DNA of 33,330 bases from Chiloscyllium plagiosum (taxonomy: Eukaryota), in contig NC_057751.1 in NCBI RefSeq assembly GCF_004010195.1, forward strand, positions 14,503,659 to 14,536,988. Direction: 5' to 3'. Shown here piece by piece: positions 32,655 through 33,330 of this stretch (position 1 is the first letter of the stretch; each line of letters starts with the position of its first letter). A program made the position numbers and the translations under genes. Below the pieces are notes generated by a model, which made no database searches, was not told where the DNA came from, and saw only the letters and a program-made list of their open reading frames with translations.

Positions 32655-33330
32655 CACTTTGGATACTGCTGGAGGGGGATGACCTACCAGAGGAAAGCCA
32701 TAGTAGTCAGTTCCCTGGCACTGAACCTGACACTGTGGCAAAGAAGGGAAGGGGGCAGAATAGAAAAGTACTCCTGGTAGGGGACTCGATAGTTAGGGGA
32801 AATTACAGGAGATTTTGTGGTCAGGATCGGGATTCCCGGAAGGTATGTTGCCTCCCTGTGCCAGGGTTCGGGACATCTCCGATCGGGTGTATAAGGTTTT
32901 AAAAGGGGAGGGCGAACAGCCAGAAATCGTGTTACATATTGGCACTAATGATATAGCCAGAAAAACGATTGAGGATATAAAAAATGATTTCAGGGAGTTA
33001 GGATGGAAGCTGCAAAGCAGGATGAACAATTAGTGTTCTCTAGTTTACTACCGGTGCCACGAGATAGCAAGGCGAGGAACAGGGAGCGGGCGCAGCTTAA
33101 CACGTGACTGCGCAGCTGGTGTAGGAGGGAGGGCTTCAGATATGTAGATAATTTGGGATGCCTTCTGGGGAAGGTGGGTACCGGTGCCACGAGATAGCAA
33201 GGCGAGGAACAGGGAGCGGGCGCAGCTTAACACGTGACTGCGCAGCTGGTGTAGGAGGGAGGGCTTCAGATATGTAGATAATTTGGGATGCCTTCTGGGG
33301 AAGGTGGGACTTGTACAAGAAGGACGGGTT
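32655..33330 (+). mobile_element. CR1 LINE ORF1 pseudogene (SGNH/GDSL esterase domain), runs off the window end
   Basis: VLLVGDSIVRG (32768-32800), ARVRDISDRV, VLHIGTND, LLPVPR, WDAFWGRWDLYKKDG; stops and frameshifts; 130-bp tandem duplication. Confidence 0.88.

Noticed and set aside
105..33318. Most ORFs in the six-frame track as stand-alone genes
   Set aside because: They are LINE/SINE/Penelope fragments, antisense shadows or microsatellite translations; the real gene is spliced.

Overview
Vertebrate (cartilaginous-fish, probably shark) genomic DNA, not prokaryotic. The window holds the last 11 coding exons of a + strand AFAP1-family gene (actin filament-associated protein: two PH domains, coiled coil, GxVLxKxKEWE terminus). 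All introns are GT-AG with consistent phases, giving 1410 nt of CDS (469 aa plus stop); the 5' exons lie upstream of the window. The protein is divergent from the AFAP1/AFAP1L1/AFAP1L2 sequences I recall and may be a fourth paralog; it has a candidate LC8 TQT motif and a class I PDZ-type C-terminus (SSV). Introns are filled with decayed CR1/HER1 LINEs, HE1 V-SINEs, DeuSINE-like and other SINEs, L2 remnants and Penelope-like elements. The most unusual signal is a set of short, TSD-flanked, fold-back Penelope pLTR derivatives carrying minimal hammerhead ribozyme cores, best seen at 13354-13610. There are also three head-to-tail duplications inside LINEs, deeply nested insertions, and one 164-N assembly gap. 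Repeat family names come from recalled consensus sequences, not a database search, and most repeat boundaries are approximate.
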